NCBI GenBank assembly: GCA_031414535.1
Contig: JANNVQ010000014.1
Location: forward strand, 1 to 64,000
Direction of reading: 5' to 3'
Source: Gemmatimonas sp.
GTDB taxonomy: Bacteria; Gemmatimonadota; Gemmatimonadetes; Gemmatimonadales; Gemmatimonadaceae
DNA length: 64,000 nucleotides
Numbering within the stretch: position 1 is the first letter of the stretch; each line of letters starts with the position of its first letter. A program made the position numbers and the translations under genes. Shown here one piece after another: positions 1 to 9,730 of this stretch. Under the pieces are notes generated by a model. It was not told where the DNA came from. It worked only from the letters and a program-made list of their open reading frames with translations, and ran no database searches.

Positions 1-143
1 ACGTCCACGGTGGCGCACGTACGTCGAGCCTAGGCTCCGCACACTACATCGGCGTGGGAGTCTCACGTCGGTTCTGATGGGCGCAGCGTGTACCGCACGC
101 GCACGAACTGCGTGCGACGAGAAAGTCTGACGGCACCATAACA

Positions 144-641
144 ATGGAATGCGCGCAGTGGGTGGACGGCGACCTGTACAACGGCCGCATCGTGCGGGTG
201 GCAAACAGCTTCGTGTTCAAGGAGCCGGTCGTGAACTACTCGGCCGACTTTCCGTTTCTCTGGGACGAACTCAAGGTCCCCATCACGTATCGCTCCGACC
301 GCCACCAGGCGCGGGCCATCTTGCAGCAGGCGGCGGATGAGGTCACGCGCGAGACGGTGCAGGCTGGCCGGCGCACTTGGAACGAGATGGTGCGCAAGTA
401 CCGAATCGAGGACGCCCACATCGAGCCAATGGTGCACCTTAAGGCCACCGACAACTGGATCGAGTTCACGGTGCGCTACGTGGTAGACTATCGCCGTCGG
501 CGGTCCACGCGCGACGAAATCTTCAGCCGCATCCTCGACGCCTTCGATGCGAGTAACGGGCGGATACAGATGGCCTCGGCTACCTTTGAGTTAGTGGGTG
601 CGCCGCCACTTGCGGTACATGTTCGGCGAGAAGCCCCCTGA
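144..641 (+). pseudogene. 5'-truncated MscS-family mechanosensitive channel (cytoplasmic C-terminal half only)
   Basis: MECAQWVDGDLYNGRIVRVANSFVFKEPVVNYSADFPFLWDE resembles the MscS cytoplasmic region. The frame hits a TGA at 75-77 upstream and encodes no TM helices. Confidence 0.7.
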
Positions 642-667
642 CGCGCTCGACGCTTTTAAATGAGAGG

Positions 668-2365
668 ATGTATATGGATTCCGATTCGCGGTCCGGTGGA
701 CTCACCCTGACGATTGCCACCTGGGTGGCGCTCGCCGTCCTCGGCAGCAGCTCGGTCCTTGGCGCTCAAGGAGTGGCAGATGCGCAGGTGGCGGCGCGCG
801 CGATTCCCGGACGGCCGGTAGATAGTACCGTGGTGACGGCGCCCGTGATCATTCGTGGCGACACTGTGCTATTGGTCTCGGCATCCGCCGGCGCGTTCAC
901 GCCGGCGGAGCGCGCGGACGCCATCGAGGCGCGCATCCTGCGCCTGACCCGCGAGCGCTTCGACTCGCTCACGCTCGCGGAGGGCGAGCAGAGCACGGAT
1001 ATCCTCGCCGGTGATCTCACGTTGATGTCGGTCGGCGAGCAGGATGCGGCGGCCGCCGGCCGCCCACGCGCCGAGCTGGCGCGGGCGTACCGCGACGCAC
1101 TCTTCGACGAGATGGGCCGCGTCTCCATCCGAGCGACAATCAAGGCAGTCGCCTTCGGACTGCTGTGGACGCTGCTCGCCACCGCCGTGCTCTTGACGCT
1201 CCTCCGGTTGCTGCGCCGTGGCACGGCCAAGCTCCAAGAGACGGTCGACGCCCGCCGCGACGGCCGCATCCCCGGCATTCGCATCCGCACCGTGGAGCTC
1301 GTGTCCGCTCAGAATGTCGCCAATGTGCTGGCCGCAGCAATTCGCGGGCTCCGCACGCTCGGCATTGTGGTCCTTCTCTACTTCTACCTGCCGCTGATCC
1401 TGAACTTTTTCCCGTGGACACAGCGCTATTCGGACCGCCTCGTCGGCTACGTGCTCGATCCCCTCGGCCGCGTGCTCGGCGCCTTCGTCGCCTACCTGCC
1501 GAACCTGCTGCTGATCGCCATCATCGTATTTGTGGCGCGGTATGCCCTTAAGGTCGTCCGCCTCGTGTTTGGTGCCCTTGAGAACGGCACACTGACCTTC
1601 GGCGGGTTCGAGCGCGAGTGGTCGGAGCCCACGTACAAGATCGTGCGCTTCCTTATCATGGCCTTCGTGGCAGTGGTGATGTTCCCGTACCTGCCCGGCG
1701 CGAACTCCGACGCCTTCAAGGGCGTCTCGCTGTTCCTCGGCGTGCTCGTCTCCTTTGGGTCTTCGTCGGCCATTGCCAATATCGTCGCTGGCACCGTGCT
1801 GACCTACACCCGTGCCTTCAACATCGGCGACCGTGTGCGCATCGGCGAGACGACGGGTGACGTGGTTGATAAGTCGCTACTCGTCACGAGAGTGCGCACC
1901 ATCAAGAACGTGGACGTGACGGTGCCCAACGCGATGGTGCTCAGCACGCACGTCTTGAACTACACAGCGATGGCCGCGGAGTCCGGCATCATTCTGCACA
2001 CGGGCGTGACCATTGGTTACGACGTGCCGTGGCGGCAGGTGCACCAGCTGTTGATTGACGCCGCGAAGGCCACGTCGGACATTGTCGCCGAGCCGGCGCC
2101 GTTCGTCCTGCAGACCAGCCTTGATGACTTCTACGTTAGCTATGAGCTCAATGCCTACACCGCCAACGCCAAGGCAATGGCGCGAATCTATGGCGAGCTG
2201 CATGCGAACATCCAGGACGCATTCAATGCCGGGGGCGTGGAGATTATGTCGCCCCATTACAAGGCGCTGCGCGACGGGAACCAAGTGACCATCCCTGTCG
2301 AGAATCTGCCTACGAACTACTCCGCGCCGTCGTTCCGGGTGCGGTCTACGCCGAACGGAGAGTGA
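668..2365 (+). CDS. MscS-family mechanosensitive channel with signal peptide and N-terminal periplasmic domain
   Basis: Multiple TM helices, then IANIVAG..RAFNIGDRVRIG..GDV and TIGYDVPWRQV motifs. Confidence 0.9.
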   Translation: MYMDSDSRSGGLTLTIATWVALAVLGSSSVLGAQGVADAQVAARAIPGRPVDSTVVTAPVIIRGDTVLLVSASAGAFTPAERADAIEARILRLTRERFDSLTLAEGEQSTDILAGDLTLMSVGEQDAAAAGRPRAELARAYRDALFDEMGRVSIRATIKAVAFGLLWTLLATAVLLTLLRLLRRGTAKLQETVDARRDGRIPGIRIRTVELVSAQNVANVLAAAIRGLRTLGIVVLLYFYLPLILNFFPWTQRYSDRLVGYVLDPLGRVLGAFVAYLPNLLLIAIIVFVARYALKVVRLVFGALENGTLTFGGFEREWSEPTYKIVRFLIMAFVAVVMFPYLPGANSDAFKGVSLFLGVLVSFGSSSAIANIVAGTVLTYTRAFNIGDRVRIGETTGDVVDKSLLVTRVRTIKNVDVTVPNAMVLSTHVLNYTAMAAESGIILHTGVTIGYDVPWRQVHQLLIDAAKATSDIVAEPAPFVLQTSLDDFYVSYELNAYTANAKAMARIYGELHANIQDAFNAGGVEIMSPHYKALRDGNQVTIPVENLPTNYSAPSFRVRSTPNGE

Positions 2366-3453
2366 CCGCGCCTCGCGCGCCGTGGTCCACTGGGCAGCGG
2401 TGGATGGCCTGTGGGCGTGCCGGTGCGTTGGGCATAGGCTTGGCTGCGCTATGCCTCGGCGGAGCCGTCACGCCGCTCAACGCACAGGCGCCGGCTGCCG
2501 AGCTACGGCTGGACTCAATCCTCGCGCGCTTTCGGCAACCCGGGCTCCGCGTCAACGCGCTGATCCGTGCGTTCGGAGACTACCAGCCGGATCGTGTGGC
2601 CCGCGGCACCAACGGCTTCCAAGTATTCGAGGCGCGCCTCGGAATCGCCGGTGAACTCGATGGCGGCTGGCGCTACCAGTTGCAAACCGGCGTGACGCGC
2701 GCGCCTGCACTGCTCGATGTGCGGGTCGGCAAGCGGTTCTCACCGAGCTTCCTCGTGGATGTGGGCCGCTTCAAGGCCGACTTCAGTCGCGAGTGGATTC
2801 GCGCCATCAGCGACGCAGACTTCGCTGGCCGCTCGTCGGTGGCGCTAGCGCTGGCTCCGGCGCGTCAGATGGGCGTGCAGGCGCGTAAGACGTTGCGGGA
2901 CGGGCGCGTGGAACTTGCAGCCGGTGCCTACAACGGCAACGCTACGCACACCGGCAACGACGACAACAACTTGATGTTTGTGGGCCGCATCGGCACCTGG
3001 CTGATGAAGCCCGGCCCGGGAATGGAAGGCGGTTGGGAGATTGCGCTGAACGGCGCGACAAGCCGAGACTCGAACGCGCCTGTCGGTAACATCGTCTCGA
3101 CCTATGGCGGCCGTCGCCACGTGTACGGCGCCGAGACATGGCGCCGCGCTGAACGCTGGATGTTCGGGGCCGAGTACATCCGGGCTGAACTAGACTCGTC
3201 CAGCGGCGCGCGCTTCGTACCCGAGGGCTGGCAGGGCACCGTCGGATACTCGCTCGATGCCGACGACCAGCTCTTGCTGCGCTGGGATGTGCTGCGCGCT
3301 GACGGCCTTGTCGGTGATGTAGACGACCTCGTGGTGGGCTGGAATCACTGGCCGAGCCGCGCAACGCAGCTTCAGCTGAACTGGTTCGTACCACTGCGGC
3401 AGCATGCGGTCGATCGTCATCGCGTGGTGCTCAGCGTGCAGCTCGTCATTTAG
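2362..3453 (+). CDS. Outer-membrane porin (OprO/OprP-like)
   Basis: Signal peptide, amphipathic beta-strands, VGRFKADFSRE and GAYNGN motifs; GTGA overlap with the MscS stop. Confidence 0.7.
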   Translation: MTAPRAPWSTGQRWMACGRAGALGIGLAALCLGGAVTPLNAQAPAAELRLDSILARFRQPGLRVNALIRAFGDYQPDRVARGTNGFQVFEARLGIAGELDGGWRYQLQTGVTRAPALLDVRVGKRFSPSFLVDVGRFKADFSREWIRAISDADFAGRSSVALALAPARQMGVQARKTLRDGRVELAAGAYNGNATHTGNDDNNLMFVGRIGTWLMKPGPGMEGGWEIALNGATSRDSNAPVGNIVSTYGGRRHVYGAETWRRAERWMFGAEYIRAELDSSSGARFVPEGWQGTVGYSLDADDQLLLRWDVLRADGLVGDVDDLVVGWNHWPSRATQLQLNWFVPLRQHAVDRHRVVLSVQLVI

Positions 3454-3695
3454 CCGGGCGATCTGGTCGCCCTCGAAGCGGTACACATGGCAGAACGGCG
3501 AGTCGAGCGTCGCGCCACTGTGCTTCATCGTGCCGCCGTAGCGCCCGAGCACAATCACATCGTCACCACCGTCCACGAACCGATCGGCAGCTGCGGTGAA
3601 GCCATCGATGGCGGCCAGTTCGCGCCAAAGAGGACTGAGAGATCGTTGTTCGCGAACGCGGCGTAGGCGGCCTTAATGGTCTGGATGTTCGACAT
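3454..3695 (-). pseudogene. SnoaL/NTF2-like protein with internal deletion and truncated 3' end
   Basis: MSNIQTIKAAYAAFANNDLSVLFGA shifts frame into LAAIDGFTAAADRFVDGGDDVIVLGRYGGTMKHSGATLDSPFCHVYRFEGDQIAR, then runs into the porin stop codon. Confidence 0.75.
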
Positions 3696-3897
3696 CGGGG
3701 GCACCAAGAAGCAAGAGGAGTTCGAGCGTGAGGAGCCGGAAATAACGCCGATTGGGGTACGGCGCACGCGCGGCTCTCCTCTTTCACGCTGCGGGACTTC
3801 ACCTCTGGGGCCGCGCATCGGGTAGCCAGTTGCGGTGTCCCCAAAATCTGGTGAACATCAGTTTTCGTTCGCACGACTCCCCACTGCCCGCCTCTCC

Positions 3898-5409
3898 ATG
3901 CGCCAACGCCTCCTCGTTGCCCTCGCCGTCCTCTCCCTTGCGGCCTGCGGCGGCGAAGCCAGCGACCGCGAACGCGTGGACATCCTCATCACAGGTGGCA
4001 CGGTGATCACGATGGATTCATCGCGGCGCGTGCTGGAGGATGGCGCGGTCGCCATCACCGGGGATCGCATCGTCGCCATCGGCCGCACCGCCAACCTCAG
4101 GGCCAAGTACACGGCGCGCGAGACCATTGACGCCGACAAGAAGATCGTGATGCCTGGCTTAATTGACGGCCACGGACACGCGGGCCACGGCCTCGTGAAG
4201 TCCATGGGCATGGACACCGACGAGTGGTATCCCGCCACCGAGACCATCTACGCCCGCGGCTCGACGGTTGATTTCTGGCGCGCCGAAGCGCTGCTCACCG
4301 GCGTGGAGCGCGTGCGCTTTGGCGTCACGACGGCGTTCAGCTACTTCGGTGGTGGCGATATGATCACGCGCACCGACGACGTGAAGTACGGCAACGCCTA
4401 TATGCAGGCCACCGAGGCCGTGGGACTGCGCTACATCCTCGCCGTCGGGCCGCGGCGCCCTCCCTTCCCCAAGACGTACACGGAATGGAACGGTGACTCA
4501 AGCCGCGATGAGAGCGTGACCTTCGCGCAGCAGCTCGCCGTCTCGGAGGAACTCATCAAGCGCTGGCACGGCGCCGCCGACGGCCGGCTCAACATCGCAA
4601 TGATGTTCCCCACGCATCGACAGGAGGAGACCCCACTCTCCGGTGCGGCGCTTGCGGAAGTCATTCAACAGGCGCAGGCCACGCGCGAACTCTCACGCCG
4701 CTACCAACTGCTCTTCACGCAGGACGGCCACACCACGAACAGCGTGAAGTTCGCGCACTCCATTGGCCTCTTGGGCCCCGACGCGCTGCTTTCGCACGCG
4801 ACCGAACTCACACCGGAAGAGATTGCAATTCTCGCAGAGACGGGGACGAAGATTGTGCACAATCCAAGCGCCAACGCTGCCACGCGCCGTCGTTTCCAGC
4901 TCGTGGAACTGCTCGACGCTGGCGTGACCGTCATGCTCGGCTCCGACGGCGTCGCCCCAGATCGCAGCTATGACATGTTCCGCCACATGTTCCAAGCGAT
5001 GCGCTATCACCGCTTCTATTGGCGCGACACCAAGGTGCTCCCACCAGGCAAGGTGTTGGAGATGGTCACCATCGATGCCGCGCGCGCACTCGGGATGGAG
5101 GAGGACATCGGCTCGCTTGAAGTGGGGAAGAAGGCCGACATCATTCTCATTGACTGGTTCCGTCCGCACATGGTCCCAATGAACATGCCGCTGTATCGCG
5201 TCGCCTACTTCGCTAACGGCAACGACGTCACCACCGTGCTCGTCAACGGCCGCATCCTCATGCGCGATCGCGTCGTACTTACCGTGAACGAGTCGGAGGC
5301 GCTCACACTGGCCCAGCGTGAAGCCGACGCTGCCATTCGTCGCACGGGGCTCGACTCACTATTGCGCACACCGGAAGGATTCTGGGGTCGGAGCCGATTC
5401 CCCGACTGA
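3898..5409 (+). CDS. Metal-dependent amidohydrolase lipoprotein (MtaD/AtzA-like)
   Basis: Lipobox LAAC; PGLIDGHGH, LGSDG and GSLEVGKKAD motifs. Confidence 0.88.
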   Translation: MRQRLLVALAVLSLAACGGEASDRERVDILITGGTVITMDSSRRVLEDGAVAITGDRIVAIGRTANLRAKYTARETIDADKKIVMPGLIDGHGHAGHGLVKSMGMDTDEWYPATETIYARGSTVDFWRAEALLTGVERVRFGVTTAFSYFGGGDMITRTDDVKYGNAYMQATEAVGLRYILAVGPRRPPFPKTYTEWNGDSSRDESVTFAQQLAVSEELIKRWHGAADGRLNIAMMFPTHRQEETPLSGAALAEVIQQAQATRELSRRYQLLFTQDGHTTNSVKFAHSIGLLGPDALLSHATELTPEEIAILAETGTKIVHNPSANAATRRRFQLVELLDAGVTVMLGSDGVAPDRSYDMFRHMFQAMRYHRFYWRDTKVLPPGKVLEMVTIDAARALGMEEDIGSLEVGKKADIILIDWFRPHMVPMNMPLYRVAYFANGNDVTTVLVNGRILMRDRVVLTVNESEALTLAQREADAAIRRTGLDSLLRTPEGFWGRSRFPD

Positions 5410-5410
5410 C

Positions 5411-6451
5411 TCAGGCCAGCGCTGCTTTCATCATCATCCGATAGGGCCGAGTTCGGTCCTGCAACTGGTTGACCGTGCCAACGACGATGCGGTTTCGCAC
5501 GGGGCAGCTGAAGGCAATCGTGCCGCTGATGCCGGAATGACCGATGAACTCCAGCCCAGGAATGAACGGCGGCAGCCAGCGCGGGACGCCGAAGCGTAGC
5601 ACGCCCATTCCGGCACGCAGCGGAAAGAACACGCGGCGATATGGAGGCAACTCCTCCAGCAGCGCCTTGGGAAACAGCCCGCCATCGAAAAACGCTCTCG
5701 TGAACGTTGCCAGATCTACAAGGCAGGACACGGCCCCGCCATCGCCGGGCATCGAAGCCAGTGACAGCGGCGTCTCGAGTACTCGCGCGCCAAGGCGAAG
5801 AGGTAGCGCTGCTGTGCCGGGCTTGAAGAAGAACGTCTTGATCAAGCCAAGCGGTGCGGTGATGCGGCTGGCGAGGGCGGCGGCGACACTCTCGCCGGTG
5901 ACGCGCGCGACAATCTCGGTCAGCAAGTAAAAGTTGGTGTCCGAATAGAGCGCGCGATTGCCCGACCCCGGTGCGAAGGCTGGGCGCATCTCGTCGCGGG
6001 TCCACGACAACACGTCGGCGAGGCCGTAGGCGCGGTCGCGGCTCGCGTACATATCTTCGGCCAGTGAGCTGCCGACCCTCCGCTTGCCTTCGAAGTAGTC
6101 GGGCAGGCCTGAGGTATGCGCGAGCAAGTGCCGTAGCGTGATCTGCCCGGTGAGATCTCTGTCCTTCCAAACATGCAACCGGTCTAGCTCAGCGCCGAAG
6201 AGCGGAGCGACGGGAGTGTCTAGACTTAGACGTCCTGCCGCCACCAGCTGAAAAATCATCGCGGTGATGAACAGCTTCGACGTGGAGGCAATAAGGAACG
6301 GCGTCTCGGGTCCGACCGGCTGGCCCTGCCAAGTGCCGAGGCAGGAATGCGAGAACGTGTCGCCCTCAAGTACAGCGAGGGCAATCTCATGCACGTCACG
6401 GTGCCGGTGCTCAGTCGCAACGATCTTGTCGAGTGAAGACTGCAAGGTCAC
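5411..6451 (-). CDS. Serine hydrolase, beta-lactamase family
   Basis: SxxK (ASTSK), LLAHTSG, YSDTNF, GHSG. Confidence 0.88.
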   Translation of the reverse strand: MTLQSSLDKIVATEHRHRDVHEIALAVLEGDTFSHSCLGTWQGQPVGPETPFLIASTSKLFITAMIFQLVAAGRLSLDTPVAPLFGAELDRLHVWKDRDLTGQITLRHLLAHTSGLPDYFEGKRRVGSSLAEDMYASRDRAYGLADVLSWTRDEMRPAFAPGSGNRALYSDTNFYLLTEIVARVTGESVAAALASRITAPLGLIKTFFFKPGTAALPLRLGARVLETPLSLASMPGDGGAVSCLVDLATFTRAFFDGGLFPKALLEELPPYRRVFFPLRAGMGVLRFGVPRWLPPFIPGLEFIGHSGISGTIAFSCPVRNRIVVGTVNQLQDRTRPYRMMMKAALA

Positions 6452-7422
6452 GCCTGTGGCTCCATTTCAATGATGAGATTGCCGCGTTTGTGACCGCTGT
6501 CGGCCTCGGCGTGCGCGCGGGCGATGTCTACCAAAGGGAAACGTGTGCCCATAAGCGGACGATACGCCCCCGCTTCATGCATCGCTATAAGTCGCGCCAT
6601 CGCCTCCGGTGATTCCTTTATGACAGCGGCGCACAACCGGCGGTCCCGCTCCCGTCGTGGACGCAGCAACGCGCCAGTAGTGGTGGCGAGGTCTGCGGTC
6701 ACCAGCCCGAGACGCCCGCCGGGTGCGAGTCGCGCGAGCGCATCGGTCAGCGCGCCCGGCACGTCGAGAATGACATCGAAGGGCCCCGGTGCCGAATCCT
6801 TGCGGTAGTCGAGCGCGACGTCCGCGCCGAGTTGACGCGCGAGTTCGAGATTACCCGCACTGGCTAGCGCCGTGACGTGCGCGCCGTGGTGACGGGCGAT
6901 TTGAATGGCGGCAGACCCCACCGCTCCCGTCCCCCCGACAATCAGCACCCGTTCGCCACGTGTGAGCGCGCATTGGTCGAGCAGGAAGTCGGCCGCGGTT
7001 AGCCCACCGAAGAAGAAGGCTGCGGCCTCAGCCACACTCAGGGTGGTGGGGCGACGCAGAATCAGGCCGTCTGCGCGGACCGCCACGCGTTCCGCGTGGG
7101 CACCCATACGCATACCGTCGGTGATACCGAATACGAGGTCTCCAACGGCGAAGCGCGTGACTCCAGCGCCCACGCTCACAATGCGCCCAGCGTATTCGCG
7201 CCCTAGGATGGCGCGGCGGGGCCCAAGCAGACCGAATACGAGCCGGATAATTGGCCCCATGCCGCCGGGCGCATGTGCGGCCCGAATGCGAGCATCGCCC
7301 GCGGTGAGACCAGCGGCCTCGATAGAGACCAGCACCTCGTTGGGCCCGGGCAGGGGGTTAGGTATCTCTTCAAGGGAGACAACTTCGGGTGGACCATAGC
7401 GGCGGCAGACTGCGGCTTTCAT
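6448..7422 (-). CDS. NAD(P)-dependent MDR-family oxidoreductase (quinone reductase/alcohol dehydrogenase-like)
   Basis: MKAAV..YGPPEV start, GGTGAVG Rossmann motif, GHKRGN C-terminus. Confidence 0.88.
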   Translation of the reverse strand: MKAAVCRRYGPPEVVSLEEIPNPLPGPNEVLVSIEAAGLTAGDARIRAAHAPGGMGPIIRLVFGLLGPRRAILGREYAGRIVSVGAGVTRFAVGDLVFGITDGMRMGAHAERVAVRADGLILRRPTTLSVAEAAAFFFGGLTAADFLLDQCALTRGERVLIVGGTGAVGSAAIQIARHHGAHVTALASAGNLELARQLGADVALDYRKDSAPGPFDVILDVPGALTDALARLAPGGRLGLVTADLATTTGALLRPRRERDRRLCAAVIKESPEAMARLIAMHEAGAYRPLMGTRFPLVDIARAHAEADSGHKRGNLIIEMEPQA

Positions 7423-7647
7423 GCGGGTGCTCCTTAAGGACAGTCGGGCATGCTGCGTACGGGTCTCCAGACGCAAAACGCGAGAATTTGTTGCGACCGA
7501 CGCTCGAAAATGGGCCGTAGCTCTTCACTCTTCGCGGGCTAGCACCTTTGTGCGATGCCACGCGAGTGGTCCGCCCCGTAGCATAAGAGTGTACGCCCGT
7601 CAGTACTGCACTGTTCTCCGACGGGTCACACTTCAGTGGAGCCGCCC

Positions 7648-9438
7648 ATGGTCGCGCGCGCGAAACGCAGGGCCCCGGCCCGCAAGAAGCGTGCGCGGAA
7701 GTCGCACCATTCCCTCGTCAAGATGCCGACCGGAATCGAAGGCTTCGACGAAATTACCAGCGGTGGCCTGCCGCGCGGACGCACCACGCTGGTTTTGGGC
7801 GGACCTGGGTGCGGCAAGTCGGTCTTCGCCCTCCAAACGCTCGTCCGCGGCGCGGTTGACACGCAAGAAGCGAGCGTCTTCGTCGCCTTCGAGGAGTCGG
7901 CGAAGCAGATCGTGACGAATGCCGCCGTGTTCGGCTGGGACCTGCCGTCGCTCGAGCGGAAGAAGCTCTTCGTGCTCGACGCGCGACTCTCGCCCGACAC
8001 GGTCAAAACGGGCGAGTTCGACCTGATCGGCCTGCTGCGCGTCCTCGAGGCGAAGGTCGTCGAACTGGGCGCCACTCGGATTGTCTTCGACGGACTCGAT
8101 GTGCTGCTCACTCTCCTCAACGACCCGACGGTCGAGCAGCGCGAGATATATCGCATCCGCGACTGGCTCACCCGCACCGGACTCACTGCGATCATCACGC
8201 AGAAGGTTGACGGCACCGACCGCTACCAGTTTATGCACTTCATGGTGGACTGTGTCGTGCTACTGAAGCACTCCGTGATGGATGGATCGGCCTTCCGCAG
8301 TCTGCGCGTGGTGAAGTATCGCGGTTCTGGGTTCGGGGCGGACGAGTTCCCCATCCTCCTCACCGACGAGGGGATGCGACTCATCACGCGCGGACCGACC
8401 GAGCTCCACTACCGCGTCACCAACGAGCGGGTATCGAGCGGACTCCCGCGGCTCGACCACATGCTCCGCGGCGGATTCCATCGGGGCAGCAATGTGCTCA
8501 TCTCTGGCGCGCCGGGCACGGCCAAATCCACGCTCTGCTGCCTCTTCGCGGCCGCGGCGTGCGCCCGAGGCGAGCGCGTCCTGTACGTAAGCTTCGACGA
8601 AGGGGCGGACGAGATTGTGCGCAACGTGCTCTCGGTCGGCGTTCGCCTCGCTCCGTATCGCAAATCGGGACTCCTCGCGATGTCTTCCACGCGTACGCGT
8701 GGGCCCAATATCGAGGAACAGTTCGACGCGCTGCGCGCGCTCGTCCGGTCGCACCGCACCAGGTGCCTCGTCATCGATCCGCTCTCCGCACTCTCCAGCA
8801 AGATGTCGCATGTCGCCTCGGCCGATGCGGCGCAGCAGTTCCTCGACTTCCTCAAGAGCGAGGGCGTGACGGTCGTGAACACATCCCTGATGGACGGTCC
8901 CACGCTCGACGAGGCGACCGCGACCGGCATCTCGACCATCGCCGACACCTGGATCCACGTCTCGTACGTCGTGCAGGACGGGGAACGCAATCGCGCGCTG
9001 ACGATCGTCAAGTCGCGCGGCACCGGGCACTCCAATCAGGTCCGCGAACTGAAGCTCGCTGACGACGGGGTCACGCTCGCCGACGTCTTCGTCGCGCAGG
9101 GCAAGGTGCTAATGGGCGTCGCGCGCTGGGAATGGGAGCAGGAGGAGCGCGCGGCCAAGAAACAGTCGCAGGTCTCGACCGAGCTCAAGCGCCTCCAACT
9201 CCAACTCTCGCAGGCCGAGGCGGCCGCGCGATTGAAGGTGGTCCAGGTCGAGATGGAAGCGCGCAGCGCGGAGATCTCGTTGCTCGCCGCCGCCACCGGT
9301 CAAGCCACCGAACTGCGGGTCTCCGACCGTGCCGTCCTCCGCAAGATGCGGCATGCCGACGACGACTTGCGCGTGACGCGCAAGCGACGCGGACCGCCCG
9401 AGAAGGGTACTCCCGACGGCGACGGCGGAGGGCGCTGA
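7648..9438 (+). CDS. kaiC: Circadian clock-like ATPase/kinase KaiC with C-terminal coiled coil
   Basis: Two RecA-like domains (GGPGCGKS/FEES/KYRGS and GAPGTAKS/FDE/KSRGTGHSN); ISTIADTW phosphosite loop. Confidence 0.95.
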   Translation: MVARAKRRAPARKKRARKSHHSLVKMPTGIEGFDEITSGGLPRGRTTLVLGGPGCGKSVFALQTLVRGAVDTQEASVFVAFEESAKQIVTNAAVFGWDLPSLERKKLFVLDARLSPDTVKTGEFDLIGLLRVLEAKVVELGATRIVFDGLDVLLTLLNDPTVEQREIYRIRDWLTRTGLTAIITQKVDGTDRYQFMHFMVDCVVLLKHSVMDGSAFRSLRVVKYRGSGFGADEFPILLTDEGMRLITRGPTELHYRVTNERVSSGLPRLDHMLRGGFHRGSNVLISGAPGTAKSTLCCLFAAAACARGERVLYVSFDEGADEIVRNVLSVGVRLAPYRKSGLLAMSSTRTRGPNIEEQFDALRALVRSHRTRCLVIDPLSALSSKMSHVASADAAQQFLDFLKSEGVTVVNTSLMDGPTLDEATATGISTIADTWIHVSYVVQDGERNRALTIVKSRGTGHSNQVRELKLADDGVTLADVFVAQGKVLMGVARWEWEQEERAAKKQSQVSTELKRLQLQLSQAEAAARLKVVQVEMEARSAEISLLAAATGQATELRVSDRAVLRKMRHADDDLRVTRKRRGPPEKGTPDGDGGGR

Positions 9439-9439
9439 G

Positions 9440-9730
9440 GTGCCCGCACGCCCGGCCCTCCGGAGTACGCTGCGGCTCCGGCTCTACGTCGCGGGGAACG
9501 CACCAAACTCCGTGCGGGCCGTGGCCAATGTGCGCGCGCTCTGCGACGAACACTTTCGCGGACGCCACGCGATAGAGATCGTTGACCTGCTCACCGAGCC
9601 GCAGAAGGCGCTCGCGGACGGCATCATCGTCACCCCTACGCTCCTGAAGCTCGCGCCACTGCCCGTGCAGCGCGTGATTGGCAACCTGAGCGACACCGCG
9701 AGTGTGCTCGTGATGCTCAACGGACGATGA
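9440..9730 (+). CDS. kaiB: KaiB
   Basis: LRLYVAGNAPNS...IIVTPTLLK..PLPVQRVIGNLSD; 1 nt after the kaiC stop. Confidence 0.95.
   Translation: MPARPALRSTLRLRLYVAGNAPNSVRAVANVRALCDEHFRGRHAIEIVDLLTEPQKALADGIIVTPTLLKLAPLPVQRVIGNLSDTASVLVMLNGR

Noticed and set aside
120..137. AAAGTCTGACGGCACC (and GGTGTCCCC at ~3834) as REP-like elements
   Set aside because: Single copies, no inverted partner and no tyrosine transposase in the window
5205..6170. 321-aa minus-strand ORF and the many similar Arg/Ala/Pro-rich ORFs
   Set aside because: Shadow frames of real genes, typical of high-GC DNA
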